Source of the DNA: Symsagittifera roscoffensis
Taxonomy: Eukaryota
DNA: 64,000 bases
Direction of reading: 5' to 3'
Assembly (NCBI RefSeq): GCF_963678635.1
Contig: NC_087064.1
Span: 45,921,437 to 45,985,436, forward strand
Shown here: positions 25,370 through 40,500 of the stretch, piece by piece
Position numbering within the stretch: the stretch's first letter is position 1
How the letters are laid out: each line of letters opens with the position of its first letter
The notes under the pieces: generated by a model
Databases searched by the model: none
Told to the model about the DNA's origin: nothing
What the model saw: the letters and a program-made list of their open reading frames with translations, nothing else
Translations under genes and position numbers: made by a program

Positions 25370-27554
25370 CCCTCACCTAACTGATGAGAGTATATAATGG
25401 CGCAGCCAGCAGTTTCGAAAAAAACTCTCGAAACATTTCCATCGCGGCAAGAAGCCTCGGTAGAACCATTAACCGTGGGGGATATTTGCAATCAGCTGTT
25501 TTTTTTGGTAATCATAGCCAAAGATGGTAGTAATCTGCAGAACTTTCTTGGACCAGCAACACCAACACAAAAACCTCGGCAATCAGGTAACCAAATACCA
25601 GTCAACGGAGATCCAAAACACAAGTTAGAGATTGAGACCTGAGAAATTAGGAAAAAAGAATACAAGGGGAGAATCAATGTCAACTTCTGGACAATCTAGG
25701 ACCAACTGTAGACGATTTACCGTGGGAACAAGCGGACATGAAAAATTGCAGCTATTTTTATTTGTGTCTAGGGACAGAGGCCAAAGGCGGCTAAACAAAC
25801 CTCACTCGAACCTGAAGATACAAAACCTAACAACTAGATATCTATGGACAGACTAGAAACAATGTCTTTAAAAAACCGAGAAATGTATCATTTGACAGGT
25901 ATGAAGCATTCACGCGCAAGCAGGGAAAAACGGAAACATTGGAGCAGATCCCCTGCGGCTTAACAGAACTCGTAGTAATAGGAAACTTCAAATGCACAAC
26001 TTATAGCGACGGAGGACGTGAGGCAGAAATTGACAGAGACCTATTCACAGGCAATGTGTTCAACGATGAAGTGCAAAAAGATCTGCTAGCGGAAAAGAAT
26101 CTCCCGAACAAACGTTATTTGTCAGTGTCTTCAGGATTTCTGTCAATTTCTCTGGAGTGCAAGATCTGTAAATGTTTGTGCGATGGCTGTTGATAGAATT
26201 ACTGATAATATCGTGCCACAACACCACTTGACGTTTTTCTGCTAGAGATGCCCTGCATAGTAGGTTTGAGAGGTTTTTCTGAGAGTTCGTGGTGTTCGAG
26301 TTTAAGGAAAGTCACAGAATAGCCGATATTTTGGGCAGAAATTGTTCCTTTTCCGGGTTGCTAAGACGTTCCAGGCTGTGGTTAGCCGCTACAATGTAGA
26401 CCATTTTAATTCTAACATAATTTTCAAAAAACCAAAAATCCGAAAAACAAAGGAAAAATTAAATTTTTAATTCTTTGTAGGAGAAACTGTAATTGAGACT
26501 TGGCTCAACGCCGTAGAGTTTTACAATTTTACAACTAAATAAGTTGAGACCTACATCTAAATAAATTGTCTGACAGACTTTGAAAAACTATAAATTGACT
26601 CAGTTTACTCTAAGTTTGCAATTTCTTCGTGGTCTTGCTGTATTGTTTTTTATGGCTCTCATTATATTTTTCTATGATGTATTATGTTTCAGCGCAATTG
26701 TTGTTGTTTTTTTTTGAAATTTGGTAATGAAATTTTGAATTTAGTTTTATAATGAAATAAATTAACGTGACTCTTTAGCACTTTTCTCTAATTTTCTTAA
26801 TTTTTTTTATAAAAGTGTGCTTTCTTTGAAAAACTATATATACTTCGAAATAATTAACTTCAGTAAATAGCAAGGCTAGCCGGTAGTTATGCAAGTAAAC
26901 TAAGCAATTCCGCAGAAAATTTGCGTCTACAAAAAAACTTGAAAACAGTTGTTTCTGTTAGGTTATGAGCGGATCTAAGCAAAAACCTAGAAAATAAGCA
27001 TATTTTGTAGTAAATGTAGAATATGCGTTTCTGATAATGTTTTTTTTCGAAATTTTTATCAAAAAAAAACAAATAAAAAAAAAAAAAAAATTTCCATTTT
27101 TTGGCAGTTTTTTCAAAAGTTTTAAAAATGAGTTCAAAAAACTTCAATAACTCATAATATTGGAGAAAAATTCAGTTTTTACATTTTTTTTGCGTATTAG
27201 ATTTTCAGATTAGGAAGATACGACGATATGCATGTAAATGTGCCCATACTAACAGAGTCTTCTCGCGGTGTAATGTTTCAGCTGAAACGACCTAAACGCC
27301 TGAAAGCTGAACAAAATTTCTTCTATCAAAATTGCATACTGGTCAATACTTTAAAGATAGACGTGAGGGTTTATTGTGGTCTCAAACAGCTACTACTGAG
27401 GAAATTCTGGTTGAAATTTGGAGAATTTAATGAAAATGACAAGTGCACGTGGAAAATTGGGTGCGATTGTGCGGCGAACAACTGCCGCAGCAAGACGTAC
27501 ATGTGACGATACAATGAAGGGGCCAGGACCCCATGTGGAAACACAGAAGCCATC

Positions 27555-27599
<45 letters not shown>

Positions 27600-28037
27600 A
27601 TTTTTACGGACGTAGTTGTCCATAGTTCTGATAACTTTTCAAACCATGGCGCGAATCGCTGCGCTAATTCTACCTAGGAGATGGCTACGCACACTTCTTA
27701 CAAGAACTGATGTATGGCAATCTCTGTTAAAATATTTGAATTACTTCAATAAAAAGTAAGAATGGCATTTGTCGAGCTTTTTTCTTGATAAATGCTTGAA
27801 TAATGATATAATTCCCCATTTTCTTGAGTTCCATGTTCCCAAAACTGATTTTTTTCCCTGAGCAAGCCGTTCTAGTAAGCCGAGATGAGAAGGGCAAAAG
27901 CTAATTTAGTTCAGCTACTGTAAAAGTTGTTGAAAAAAAATATCGTTTTATCCAAAAAATTGATAAAAAGTGGCTGCCATCGGTAGTTTTCAATTTACGT
28001 CAAAAGGTCAGCACAATCATTGTAACAAACAAAAAAA
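25370..28037 (+). repeat. Diverged (~90%) copy of the Y-Z part of the 8-kb unit (equivalent to ~10,935-13,918). It replaces the distal half of P-unit copy A.
   Basis: ORFs 25,397 (MAQPAVSKKTLE), 25,632, 25,939 and 27,228 are paralogous to 10,970, 11,205, 11,512 and 13,117. 27,600-28,037 matches 13,480-13,918. Confidence 0.75.
27556..27597. repeat. (TAC)14 microsatellite. The paralogous sites 13,456-13,473 and 21,469-21,486 have (TAC)5.
   Basis: Direct reading: ctactactac... Confidence 0.9.
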
Positions 28038-30100
28038 ATGAATGCTAAATTGCTAAAATTGTCAAATTTCTAGGGAAAATTTCGTTAAAAAAGTTGGATG
28101 ATATTAAATTGCCAATTTTGACGAAGAATTTTTTTCGTATGTCCCAAAACATGCGATTAAGGATATTTTTAATCAAATTCATTTCGTAGCCGATATTGAC
28201 AAATTAGCTAGAAACCTGCGTGAGAATGGAATAGAGGAGGAAAAACTCGGGGGAATAGTAGCCTCCTAAAATTTTTACGCAAGGAACAACAGAGAAACAC
28301 CAACTGATCGTGCACTTCTAGGAATGGTGAAATGTTTGAATGAAAATGATTTTTTTTAGGTACCTTATGATAAAGGCAAGAGTATTTGTGTTATGAAAAG
28401 GATAACTTAAGACAAAAAACTACAACAAATATTGAATAGTCAACAGTTTACAGAAACTGGCACTGATATTTTGATTGTGAAAGTAGAAGAAGATATTAAT
28501 AACACACTACTCGAATTGGAAAAAAACGCAGAACTAACTTAAAAATAAGTGACAAAATTTATTTCAAAACTCAGAACTAACGGAGCTCAGCCTGCTGAGT
28601 TATACGGTTTGAGTAGAGTACATAAAAAAGAAATACCACTCCGTCCGGTTCTATCAATTTTTGGCAGTAGTTCTCTAAACTGAAGAGCTTTTTGACCCTC
28701 CTTTTTGAAAAAAAACTTTCTGGCGCAAACATCGAAACATCTACGTTAGACGCTCGAGAAAAACTCGAAAAATTAATACTCGACGAAAATGAACAAACTG
28801 TTTCACTAGACGTTAAGAGTCCCGTATTGGAAGCAATTGAGATTGCATTACGTATATTGTATAGAACTGATTACGCACCAGATTTTAAAGTGCTGCTTAA
28901 GTTAGCAGTGACAAAAGTTTATTTCAAAAGCAATGGAAAAGGGTATTGCCAGAAGGATGGGTTAGCCATGGGTGCATCACTGGCAGTAATTTCGGCTAAT
29001 TTATGGATGCAATTGTACGAACAAAGAATGAACGATAAAAACGATGGCATAAAGCAAATAACATAAATAAACTCAAAAAAGTCCAAGAGGCAGCAAAAAT
29101 TTTGTATGAAACAGCAAAGGTGTTGAACAGTGAAAAATGTGAAAAATGGTTTCATGCTAATTGTCAAAACATCAGTAAAGACGAATACCAAAAAATGGGT
29201 GATATATATTGGTACTGGGAATTCTGTCGTAATTTACCAGACATTTCAACTTGTGTTAAGGAAAGAAAACCGTTCGAAAGATACAAAGACGACAAAATTT
29301 GTGCAGTCAAAGGGGACTCAAACACGTAAATTAATAGGGTGAACTGGTTGCATTAGAACTTACCTTTTACTATAAAAAAGCCAACGAAAAAGAAGAACTT
29401 GCTTTTTTGGACATGAATATTGTTCAAAGGAAGATCACCAGCAAATGGTATCAAAAAACAACTGATACTGAAACTACTTTGAACTTTCATAGCTGCGAAC
29501 CCCTCCAGTACAAAAAGAACCTTACGGAAGGAAAATAACATAGGTTGTTTCGATATACCATTAACTGGAAGAAATTTTACAAAGCGTTAAAAACCAACGA
29601 GGAAATTGAGAAGAAAAATAAGTACCCAGAAGCCTGGACATCAAAAAAATAAAAACTACATTGAAAAGAAATCACAAACGAAACATCATAAACTTCACAG
29701 AAAGCAAAAACAGAAAGCAGTCGCGAGAAAATTGACAAAATGATGTTTTTTCTACAGCGTCGAGGAAACTTAAGTTTGAAATCGACAGAAAAATTTCAAA
29801 GATCAAGCCCGGTATTGATCATTTTCACGACGCGCAAAAAAAATGCCCGCCGTCGCTTAAGTCAACTTTTGATTGCAACCTGAAGTCTCATGTGGTTTAT
29901 GAAACAAAATGTAATGAACATAGTTCCACTTATGTTGGGCAAACATGCCGACATCTAACCATACGCATAACAGAGCATCAAAAGAATGATTCGCCAGAAA
30001 GACAGCATGTCGCAGAATGCTGTGGACAATCTAAGGCTTTTGAATGGAGATTAATTGACAAAGGCAATGATGTTGAAAAATCACTAACCTTATAATAAGA
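27690..30100 (+). mobile_element. Penelope-like element PLE-1, copy d. It is ~98-99% identical to copy c, with a ~21-bp deletion in the N-terminal motif region.
   Basis: ORFs 28,692-29,066 (RT), 29,102-29,329 (zinc finger) and 29,892-30,095 (GIY-YIG), all at +6,088 from copy c. Confidence 0.7.
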
Positions 30101-31235
30101 TATGTAAACGCAAGCCATGTGAACATTAGGCATTTTAGCTCGATTCAAGTTTTATTGTTTCGAATTGAAACATACAGATTGACTTAACTAAATAATTCAA
30201 TCCTAGAAAGGTGATAAAATTGGGAAAAAATTCGTCAATGACAAACTATATCCAAAAACGAATTTCCGAAAAAACGTTTTAATGATTATGTAATACTCTT
30301 AGATACTCATAAGCTTTAATCTCAATCAATTTGATTTAAAAAAGTTTTTTTAACTGTAAATACTTTGACTTTCAGTCGTATAGACTTGATGATGCTAGTT
30401 ATAATTAAAACTTTACTGACTTATGAATAAGAAAAACTTTATTTTCCAAAAAGCTTCAGTTGTTTCTGCGATGTTTGTCCATAGACTGCCATAGGAGGTT
30501 TTCACTGAAGATTGGTAGAAAAAATTCTTTAACTTTAATTTCACAGTCAAATAAGTTAAACTGCTGTTGGTAAGGATTGCATTTGTACTTTCAATTTGAT
30601 TCCATACAAAGACTAATATTTTGAAAACACAGTTTTCGATAAAATGAACGCTGAATCTTTCAAGGAAGAGTAATTTGATGGCTCTCCTGTTCCCATCACT
30701 TGTGAGGTTCTCGTCACTGATTCTCGTATTGCTGGTAGTAGATTGTCTTCAATTTTCTAGAGATGACATACTAATTACCAATTACGAAACCTTGAAATTG
30801 GTAGTGCATAGTGCTTAAAACTCAGATCAGCTGATGCATCATTTTATTTCCGATACACAAGAGGGCTTAATTGTCCAGTTTAGTTGTTTCTCAAGTCATA
30901 TTTTCAATTACTTTGTTATACCACTCAGAAGTATTGCTGGGTAACACAAATTGCATATGACAAAAGCATTCTTAAATAGTATTTGTTTCAAATTGTTAGC
31001 GGTCAATGGAGGTAATGCTTTGATAACGCTGGCCATTTTTCCTAATATAAATTTAATTTCATCTTGAAATGTGAGGAATTGATCAGCAGTTAACCCTAGA
31101 TTCAGATGAAAAACCATTTTGTTCTCTTCCCGAAGCATTAACCCTGGCAGATGGACTTTTATTTGTATTCGTAAAAAATGTCGTGCAAACTCTAGATTTA
31201 ATACGGTGAGTTGAACACCCCACTGGCATATCCAC

Positions 31236-31335
31236 AAAGTCATAATAATAATCATAATAATAATAATCATAATAATAATCAAAACAATAATCATAATAAT
31301 AAAAAAATAAATATCACAAAAATAGTAATATTAAA
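31236..31335. repeat. AT-rich minisatellite, same family
   Basis: Direct reading. Confidence 0.8.
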
Positions 31336-32058
31336 AATAATCACATTTATCATGATAAAAATACTCATAGTAACCCTAATATTTACAAAAAAGAGTCAAA
31401 AATTTTCCGTATATTTAGAAAATTTGTTTGATTAATTACAAAAAAAACGAAAAACATATTAATTCTTAGGTCGAGAGTTTGACCGTAATAAGCATAATAA
31501 AACATAATTGAATTCAATTTTTGTTTCACTGAGATGCAGAGTAACTGACTTTAAACTAAGAGTGTATAATCTGGCAAATTTTCGCTTAACTTTTTCTAAA
31601 AAGCGTTAAAATTGTAAAGTCAAGCAAACGCTTTTGCTTATTTTTTTTGCATCTTCAGATTTCAAAAAACTAAACTACTCTGTACAAAATGATCAAAAAT
31701 CCTAAAAAGTGTCATTCGAGTCATTTCTTTCAAATTTAAAAAACTTAAGCAATCAAATTTCACAGATATAACTAAAGTTTTGTTAGAAGCATGATGTAAC
31801 AATTTCAATAATTTACAATTTCTTTTTGTTGCTAATTTCATGCTATCAAGTAAGTGATTTAAATAGTGTAAACTCCCTACTTCAAACTCATCGCGCGCAA
31901 GAATTGCTGGTCTCCCATTCCTATTGTTACACTACTAGTTTGTGCAATCAGAAATGCCAGTTCTCCAGATGTGTTTGGTGTCTTTATTGTGAACTGTATA
32001 ATATGATGTAGTAATTTTGCTGCCAGCAGCACCTCTTCAGGATCACCCTTTACTGTTT

Positions 32059-32517
32059 TCATAATATCTTTAATGTAACGGAGAAAAAGTTAGCCTGCTG
32101 CACTGATTTATTTTTCTCCCTTATCGCGGTGCATTTTCTGCAGTACCAGTCGGTTTCACTTATATTTCGATGCTCATCAAATGATATATCACCGCATTTT
32201 ACGTAATACGAGTTCAAAAAGCATGGGCATCCCACACCTTTTGACTTGTACGTGACCTTCTTATTGCACTCGAGACATATTCCATTAAGTTCTTTTTCGG
32301 GCAAAAACCTTTCACGAACATCCCCCCGAAAGTTCAGTTTCGTACTGCTTCAGCCAAAGGTTTGCTATAAAACGACAATAGTTGCCCTTTTTGCCGAACC
32401 ATTTTTTCTGAACATACTATGTTTCACTGCACTTGAAATGGACTTGACTAACTACCATATTAGTTTTTTTTTCATGGTTCTCTGTAACTGCTGTTGTTGT
32501 TGTTATTGTTGTTGACG

Positions 32518-32603
<86 letters not shown>

Positions 32604-32614
32604 ATTGTTGTTGC

Positions 32615-32657
<43 letters not shown>

Positions 32658-32659
32658 GC

Positions 32660-32705
<46 letters not shown>

Positions 32706-33131
32706 GCTTTTGTTGTTGTTGTTGGTGTTGTTGTTGTTTTCTGTCCCCTGAGACTTGGGTATTTTATTGCCGAAGGCCAAAACTTCTCATCTACACCCCT
32801 CTGTACTGCGCCTTTCGCCTTTTCCAGTTTTCCCTTGAAGTTTTTCTCATCTGTCCTTGCCTTGGTTAATCTCCGTTCCTAAAATTCTTGTCTGAAAATT
32901 ATGTACCGCTTGGTCCGAAAACATCCCATTTTGCGGTACCCTCAACCTCAAAAAATTATGTATATTGTCGTTTTCGAGACATCCTCTTGGAAATTTACCA
33001 CGCTGGTGGCAGTTGATAAATATAAAATATATGGATGCATAATCACAGACTAATTTCCAAGTGCGTGTCTTTTTAAGGTCCAAATCAAGTTTGGAGGTTC
33101 GAGGCCTCGAGGAATAAACCTCATGTGACAC
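32059..33131 (-). mobile_element. PLE-2 copy in P-unit B. It has the N-terminal domain, the (AAC)n tract and the C4HC3 finger. It lacks the 860-bp 5'-RT segment that is present at 3,940-4,800.
   Basis: Minus ORFs 32,847-33,131 and 32,059-32,304 are paralogues of 5,207-5,491 and 3,539-3,784. The sequence at 32,440-32,490 joins directly to the microsatellite. Confidence 0.6.
32491..32737. repeat. (GTT)n microsatellite, the paralogue of 4,856-5,097 with different length and variants
   Basis: Direct reading. Confidence 0.95.
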
Positions 33132-33554
33132 AATTCAACCCAAATAACACAAGTTTAACTCACCTGCTCCGTTGAAGTCTCCTCGTCAGTTCGTCCAACA
33201 ATTTCACCTCCTCTGTCCACTGTCTTTTTTTCTCCACCCTCCTTCTCGTTTGCTAGTTCTTTTTCTTGTATGAACGAAGCTTCGACGAATCAGCTGGTAG
33301 GTTGTCTCTGTGTTCGATCACAATCCGCAAAGATTTTTTTAGCTCCAGCTGGATGTCCTGGTGTAGTCCCTGATATTCGTTCACCAGCTCCGTTCTTCTC
33401 ATCCCTTTGAAATCAGACACCTCGTAATAGAAATGACAAGAATACCCGAGCTGATGAGCTGGTTCCTGATATCTGGTGTACCGTTTCTCTGACAGTATAC
33501 ATTTGCGCTGATATTTGTCATTGTCTTCAAGATTTATGTCAATTCCTCTGGAGT

Positions 33555-36500
33555 GCAAGCTCTGTAAGTGTTTGTGCGATGGCTGTTGATAGAATTACTA
33601 ATAATGTCGTGTGACACCACCTTTTGACGTTTTTCTACTATAGATGCCCTGCAGAGTAGGTTTGAGAGGTTTTCTGCGAGTTCGTGGTATTCGAGTTTAA
33701 GGAAAGTCCCGGATTAGCCAATTTTTTGGGAAGAAATTGTTCGTTTTTAGGGTTGCTAAGTTGCTCCAGGCGCTACAATGTACACCATTTCAATTCTAAC
33801 AGGCTATTCTAACAAATCACAATTCTAACCAGGGCTCCAAACAAGAATAGAGGGATCAAAAAATCTTACAGTTCACACAGAATTTTTTGAAACGTGGACA
33901 ACAGCGCGGCAACAACGTGGACGGCTTTATCCTAGCTCCACATTCAAGAAAAAATAGAAAACGAAGTACGGTCTCTGATTGACCAGGGACACATGATTCG
34001 CTGAAAAAATGAAGTGACCAGCAGTTTCTTAGTCTCATTGTAATAACTGTGAAAAAAGATCAAACCTTGAAATTGGCAATGAATTCAAAACAAGTAAGCA
34101 AATCGTTCTATGAAAACAAGCATCGAATGCCTAACATTGACGTTTTGCTTGATAAAATTGAACACTTGCCCAAGAAGTTTGAAACAAACCAAATACAACA
34201 TACTTTTTCAACAGTAGACGTATGCTACGAATATAGACAACCGACAATAGACAATGACAGCCGGCTGCCATCAGACAAAAAAACACATACACATTGTAAT
34301 TTTAGTTTTATCAGTGGTAGAGCTACAAAAAACTCTCAGTTCCAAACGGGACCCTGCGGGCTTACAGATATGTGCGCATAATTGTGAAAAACGAATACGA
34401 CACAATCCCTATGCAAAAGAAAACATATTAAAATTACAAAACCCTACAACCTTCAAATGGCCCAAAAGCTTCATTGGCTCCATTCATCGTTTAAATAATT
34501 CCTACCAAACTTAGCCCAATAGTGTAGGGCCATTTTTACCTACAACAAATTAATTCCACTGTGCATGAAACGCTGATCGCACAAAAGCATTTAAAAAAAC
34601 ATTACCTACAGTACAAAATATCACCGAAAACAGAATTTTCGTAAGCGATAGGGAAACGCGTATTGTATGCGACGCAAGTCGAGAAGAAAGAGAGGCGGCT
34701 CTCGAACAAATTACACCGCACGGCTGGGCAACAATTGCATATGCGTCGCGTTTACTAAACTCTTATGAACACAAACATTCAATCAATGAAGTGGAACTCT
34801 TGGCAGCAGTCTGGCAGATGTTTCACACTAAATACAGACCACTAAGCAATAGTAAATGCTTTACAAAGTAACGGGGGAAATAAAACCTATCAAAACCGTT
34901 GAATCAGGTTGACCGACAGACGTTTTTTGTTCAACTTTGATATAAAAACAGCTAGGAGGCAGTAAAATGGGTAGCTTTCACGACACACGTGAGGAAAACT
35001 TCTCCCCAGCATACTGGGAAGAACATTTTGTCATTACATTAATCGACGACTTTGTCAATTGCATAAAGTTTGAAAATAGCAGTGCTGCAAATATATTATT
35101 GAACAATTCTCCAACCGGATATTTTGGCACGAAGAACTCAACCCGAACGAAATATTTAAATCTTCACATTCGATTTAAATGCAAACAGCATTCACCGTTA
35201 AAATTCAATCTTTACACACTAGACGTTCAATAGACTTGCAACATTCCGTTCCAAGTTCAATTGAAATTCTAAAAAAGCGATAAAATGGACAGACCTTTTA
35301 TACAATGATTGCCATTAACACCGTTCAAAAGAGTCACATTAAAATGCCACAAAGGCAGTCAAGCACAATTATCCTTCGCACAAACCAATTACGCCTCTTT
35401 ATTGAGTCTCTTGTCAAATCACCTCCCCCCGAAATAACAATCAGCGAGGTCAAACACCAAGCGATCACATCGGTCGGAACCTTCACCTTCCGAAGAGTCC
35501 AGAATGAGAAAGCGGACGCGATTTGCCAAAGATTAGAGGAGGGGAGCGCTTTAAGGAAGAAGGCATTCCACTCTTCCGGAAAACATGTGAAGAGTAATAG
35601 ACATAGACTTAATTACAGCGGCCACAAAAAAGCTCGAGTTTTTTCTCCAATCGTCAACATGGTCAAGCAGCAGAAATGGGACAACCAAAGCTTGTTATAG
35701 AACCTACTTTTACAACGTGCGGCACCGCCTGTCGTTTAGGGACAACATCTTACTTAACGACTATAGGGTCGTGATACCGAGGGCTACACTAGTGGATGCA
35801 ATGCATTCAACCCACCTGGGAAAAAATTGCATGTTAGAGGCAGCCAAACACGTGTGGTAGCCATTCTTACACCGCGACCTAGTCTCCACCGCACAAAACT
35901 GTAAAAAATATCGAGACAAGGGTAAGGACTTTGAAGTGATATCAGACAAGCAACACTATACCACGCTTGATATGTTGGTAGAACCTAACAAAGAATACCA
36001 ATTGGATTTCGCGGGACCACTATCCGAAACAAGGAAAAGGATTTATAGTGGTTGTAGAATAATTCTCCTGTTTCCATTCGGTCAAGGTGCTTAAAAATAA
36101 TAAAGCGGATACAAGCATCTGATTTATGCAAAATCACCTTATCAATCATCGTGTGAACAGGCACAAAACGTACGGTGCGACCAAGCACAAAACTATAGGG
36201 CCAACAAATGTGTATTTCGCTGTAAAATTAACAATAACAAAACTAATATATATACCAGTAGATAACCACAAGTCCATGGGTTTGGTGGAAGGGCTTATTA
36301 GAACTCTGAAACCAAGATTATAGGTAATAAGAATCGACAAAACAAACAGGTCGTATAAACTTGCGTCGGAAGTGGCCGAGCGGATTTAAACACTTCAAAT
36401 TACGCGACCACTAAGATTACGCCATTTGAAGCCCAAAATGTCATAAAACACACCACTGAGTAACATCAGCGCATCACCAAAACTTTCAAACATTTCATGC

Positions 36501-37594
36501 GAAAACAAGAAACTTTCATAATTACATTCAAAAATAACTAATAAAGCCGGCATTACCAGCGGAGGGCAGGCGGGACCGAGAGAAAAACAGCGAGGACGAG
36601 CTAAACTTGATGTACAGAGATACATACGCGCCAGAACCCAGAGAGCGTACATACCTACCAGAGCCAACATATAACCCACCCAATGACAAAACTGCCACAA
36701 CTACTATGGAGGACACAGTTGAAAACAGTCACAAAACAAATGCGACAACGAAACCTGGGAAAAAAGAAGGCAAAGGACCTATCAAAACGTGAATGCGCAC
36801 CTCAAAAAATTTCCGGTGGGTGCGCAGCTTCCATTTTCTAACCAGCCCTAAGACCTGAAAAATTTTAAGCACGCCTTCTCAAGTGAAAATATAATACACG
36901 ACAAATGACCTAGAAAAGCCAAAAGGGCGCAAACCAATAAAACACTCACAGAACAAGAAAAGCAAAACCTCGAAAGAGCACCACTAGTTTTCCTACAGGA
37001 CCGCTTCAAAGGTCCAGCACACACTATTGACCCAAAAACGGGACATTGAATAGCCCGGAAAACGAGACCAGTTCCACGAAAAACGAAAAATCAAGGCAAA
37101 TTTGGGGCTCAAATTAAAATTATCCAAACGGGTCAAAATTAACTACTCAACACACCGCGTGGATCAGGGCAGACGGCAACCAACCGCGAGTAATTAGACA
37201 CGATGGTCTTGCATTCATACGAGACCCAAGCGTCTACGGAAAGTGAAGACCTGCGACGCTGAAGGATTTTGTAGTTTATAAACATCAACCAAGAGCCAAA
37301 CCTCATGTCTTAGGAGAGCGCAAACTTGCTGACAGGTGACCCTCCAAACAGACCGCCACAACCACCAGTCCTGTGCGACCACCCCCAAAATCTATCTGAG
37401 AAGTCATTCAGCAATCGATTAACCGCAGGGCATTGGATCCACAAAAGTTGTTCGAATCTTTTGTATCGAAGACAAAACGGGCCCAAAAAAACCCAAGAAC
37501 AACGAGTGACAAAGAAAACACCAACAAACCATACTACCAGGAAAAATGAGCCCCAAGAAGTAATCCAGAGTACTCTTCAGTCAAATTGAGTTCC
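33555..37594 (+). repeat. X' segment. It is a ~95% copy of 5,908-9,935 and includes the gypsy-like pol remnant at 34,049-36,330.
   Basis: ORFs 34,049, 34,254, 35,305 and 36,126 are paralogous to 6,421, 6,608, ~7,660 and 8,469. Confidence 0.8.
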
Positions 37595-40500
37595 TTATCT
37601 TCAGATTCTGAAAAGAACAGAAAAACGCCATCTCCACAGAAACCGGCCGCAAAGCGATTAGACATAAAACACCCCAGAACAAAACTCACCAGAATCTAGA
37701 CGTTCTCCTAGGTCTAGAAAAAGCGCACTCACCATAAAACTAGAAAATCTCATTCCGATTAGCCAAATGTCGGAATTGAAAATGTCCGCAATAGTTGTAT
37801 GCAGCATCGAGGAAACCGACAAGCACAACAACATGCCCAACAAGACCAGCAAAAACCAAGACACCCAAACAACTGATACGAAGAAGAACACAAAGCGACA
37901 AATTCTTTCGGATGGAATCACGTGTACGAAAATACAAGTGGATACTTCCAAGTCAGAAAATACAAGATCCAAAGAACCAAATACGCAGCAAACCATACAC
38001 ACTCTCTCACCATAAAGACCAACAAATTCTTTTTACATTCTCGACAGACCGAAAACGACAGAAAATCCAATTAGCAAAAATTTCGAAACAACAATGAATA
38101 TTCTGCAATCTATCTCCCCGGTCCGGGGTAACTCGATGACGTTCCAGAGAGAACGTGAAACTCATGCAGGGCAACAACGTATTCAGAAAGAGAACCACAT
38201 CAAACAAAAAACATCAATAGAGCCCCAGTTAACGAGGACAAAAAGTCAGACGCTAAAACATATAACGACACGACGAAGAAAAGAGAGCAAAATTGATAGA
38301 CTCAATTGTTCAAAAAGAGGGAAATCTTGTTCATCCCGATTTTACAGAAATACAACTAATGATTATGAACCATACTAAAACAACCAATTGGCAACTCATA
38401 CTTTATTTATAGGTTTTTGTGATTAGCGTATAGAAGTATGATGATTAAATAAGTATAGACAAATGTACTAGTTCTTGTAAGAGACTGTCTCTCAAATGAG
38501 TCGATGTCAGTGTCACCCAGACTTAAGCAGAGAAGTGAGTTTAAATTGCTATTTAACCTGTTTCATTCAATCAACGTTAGATGTTGCCAACGTAACTGTG
38601 GCTTACCCTCACCTAACTGATGAGAGTATAACATGGCGCAGCCAGCAGTTTCGAAAAACACTCTCGAAATTACTCCATTGCGGCAAAAAGCCTCGGTAGA
38701 ACCATTAACCGTGGGGGATATTTGCAATCAGCTGTTATTTCTGGTAATCATAGCCAAAGATGGTAGTAATCCGCAGAACTTTCTTGGACCAGCAATACCA
38801 ACACAAAAACCTCAGCAACCAGGTAACAAACTACCAGTCAACGGAGAACCAAAACCCAAGTTAGAGATTGAGACCTGAGAAATTAGGAAAAAAGAATACA
38901 AGGGGAGAATCAATGTCAACTTCTGGACAATCTAGCACCAACTGTAGACAATTTACCGGGGGAACAAGCGGACATGAAAAATCGCAGCTATTTTTATTTG
39001 TGTCTAGGGACAGATGCCAAAGGCGGCTAAGCAAACCTGACTCGAACCTGAAGATACAAAACCTAACAACTAGATATCTATGAACAGACTAGAAACAATG
39101 TCTTTAAAAAACCAAGAAATGTATAATTTGACAGGTATGAAGCGTTCACGCGCAAGCAGGGAAAAACGGAAACATTGGAGCAGATCCCCAGTGGCTTAAC
39201 AGAACTCGTAGTAATAGGAAACTTCAAATGCACAACTTGTAGCAACGGAGAACGTGAGGCAGAAATTGACAGAGACTTTATCTTCAGATTCTGAAAAGAA
39301 CAGAAAAACGCAATCTCCACAGAAACCGGCCGCAAAGAGATTAGGCATAAAGCACCCCAGAACAAAAGTCATCAGAATCTAGACGTTCTCCTAGGACTAG
39401 AAAAAGCGCACTCACCATAAAACTAGAAAATCTCCTTCCGATTAGCCAAATGTCGGAATCGAAAATGTCCGCAATAATTGTATGCAGCATCGAGGAAACC
39501 GACACGCATAACAACATGCCCAACGAGACCAACAAAAACCAAGACACCCAAACAACTGATACGAAGAAGAACACAAAGCGACAAATCCTTTCGGATGGAA
39601 CCACGTGTACGAAAATACAAGTGGATACTTCCAAGTCAGAAAAAACAAGATCCAAAGAACCAAATACGCAGCAAACCATAGTCACTCTCTCACCACAAAG
39701 ACCAACAAATTCTTTTTACATTCTCGACAGACCGAAAGCGACAGAAAATCCAATTAGCAAAAATTTCGAAACAGCAATGAATATTCTGCAATTTATCTCC
39801 CCGGTCCGGGGTAACTCGATGACGTTCCAAAGAGAACGTGAAACTCATGCAGGACAACAATGTATCCAGAAAGAGAACAACATCGAACAAAAAACATCAA
39901 TAGAGCCCCAATTAACGAGGCAAAAAAGTCAGACGCTAAAACATATAACGACACAACGAAGAAAAGAGAGCAAAATTGATAGACTCAATTGTTCAAAAAG
40001 AGGGAAATCTTGTTCATCCCGATTTTACAGAAATACAACTAATGATTATTAACCATACTAAAACAACCAATTGGTAACCCATACTTTATTTATAGGTTTT
40101 ATTGATTAGCGTATAGAAGTATGATGAATAAAGAAGTATAGACAAATGTACTAGTTCTTGTAAGAGACTGTCTCTCAAATGAGTCGAGGTCAGTGTCACC
40201 CAGACTTAAGCAGAGAAGTGAGTTTAAATTGCTATTTAACCTGTTTCATTCAATCAACGTTAGATGTTGCCAACGTAACTGTGGCTTACCCTCACCTAAC
40301 TGATGAGAGTATAACATGGCGCAGCCAGCAGTTTCGAAAAACACTCTCGAAATTACTCCATTTCGGCAAAAAGCCTCGGTAGAACCATTAACCGTGGGGG
40401 ATATTTGCAATCAGCTGTTATCTCTGGTAATCATAGCCAAAGATGGTAGTAATCTGCAGAACCTTCTTGGACCAGCAACACCAACACAAAAACCTCAGCA

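Noticed and set aside
39450-40052. 200-aa ORF MSESKMSAIIVCSIEETD..., plus paralogues at 10,109, 18,120, 37,767 and 41,133, and the companion ORFs MAQPAV... and MRPGKL...
   Set aside because: They are T-poor compositional artefacts within the 1.68-kb repeat. The translation is low-complexity, overlapping frames are equally open, and no domain is recognisable.
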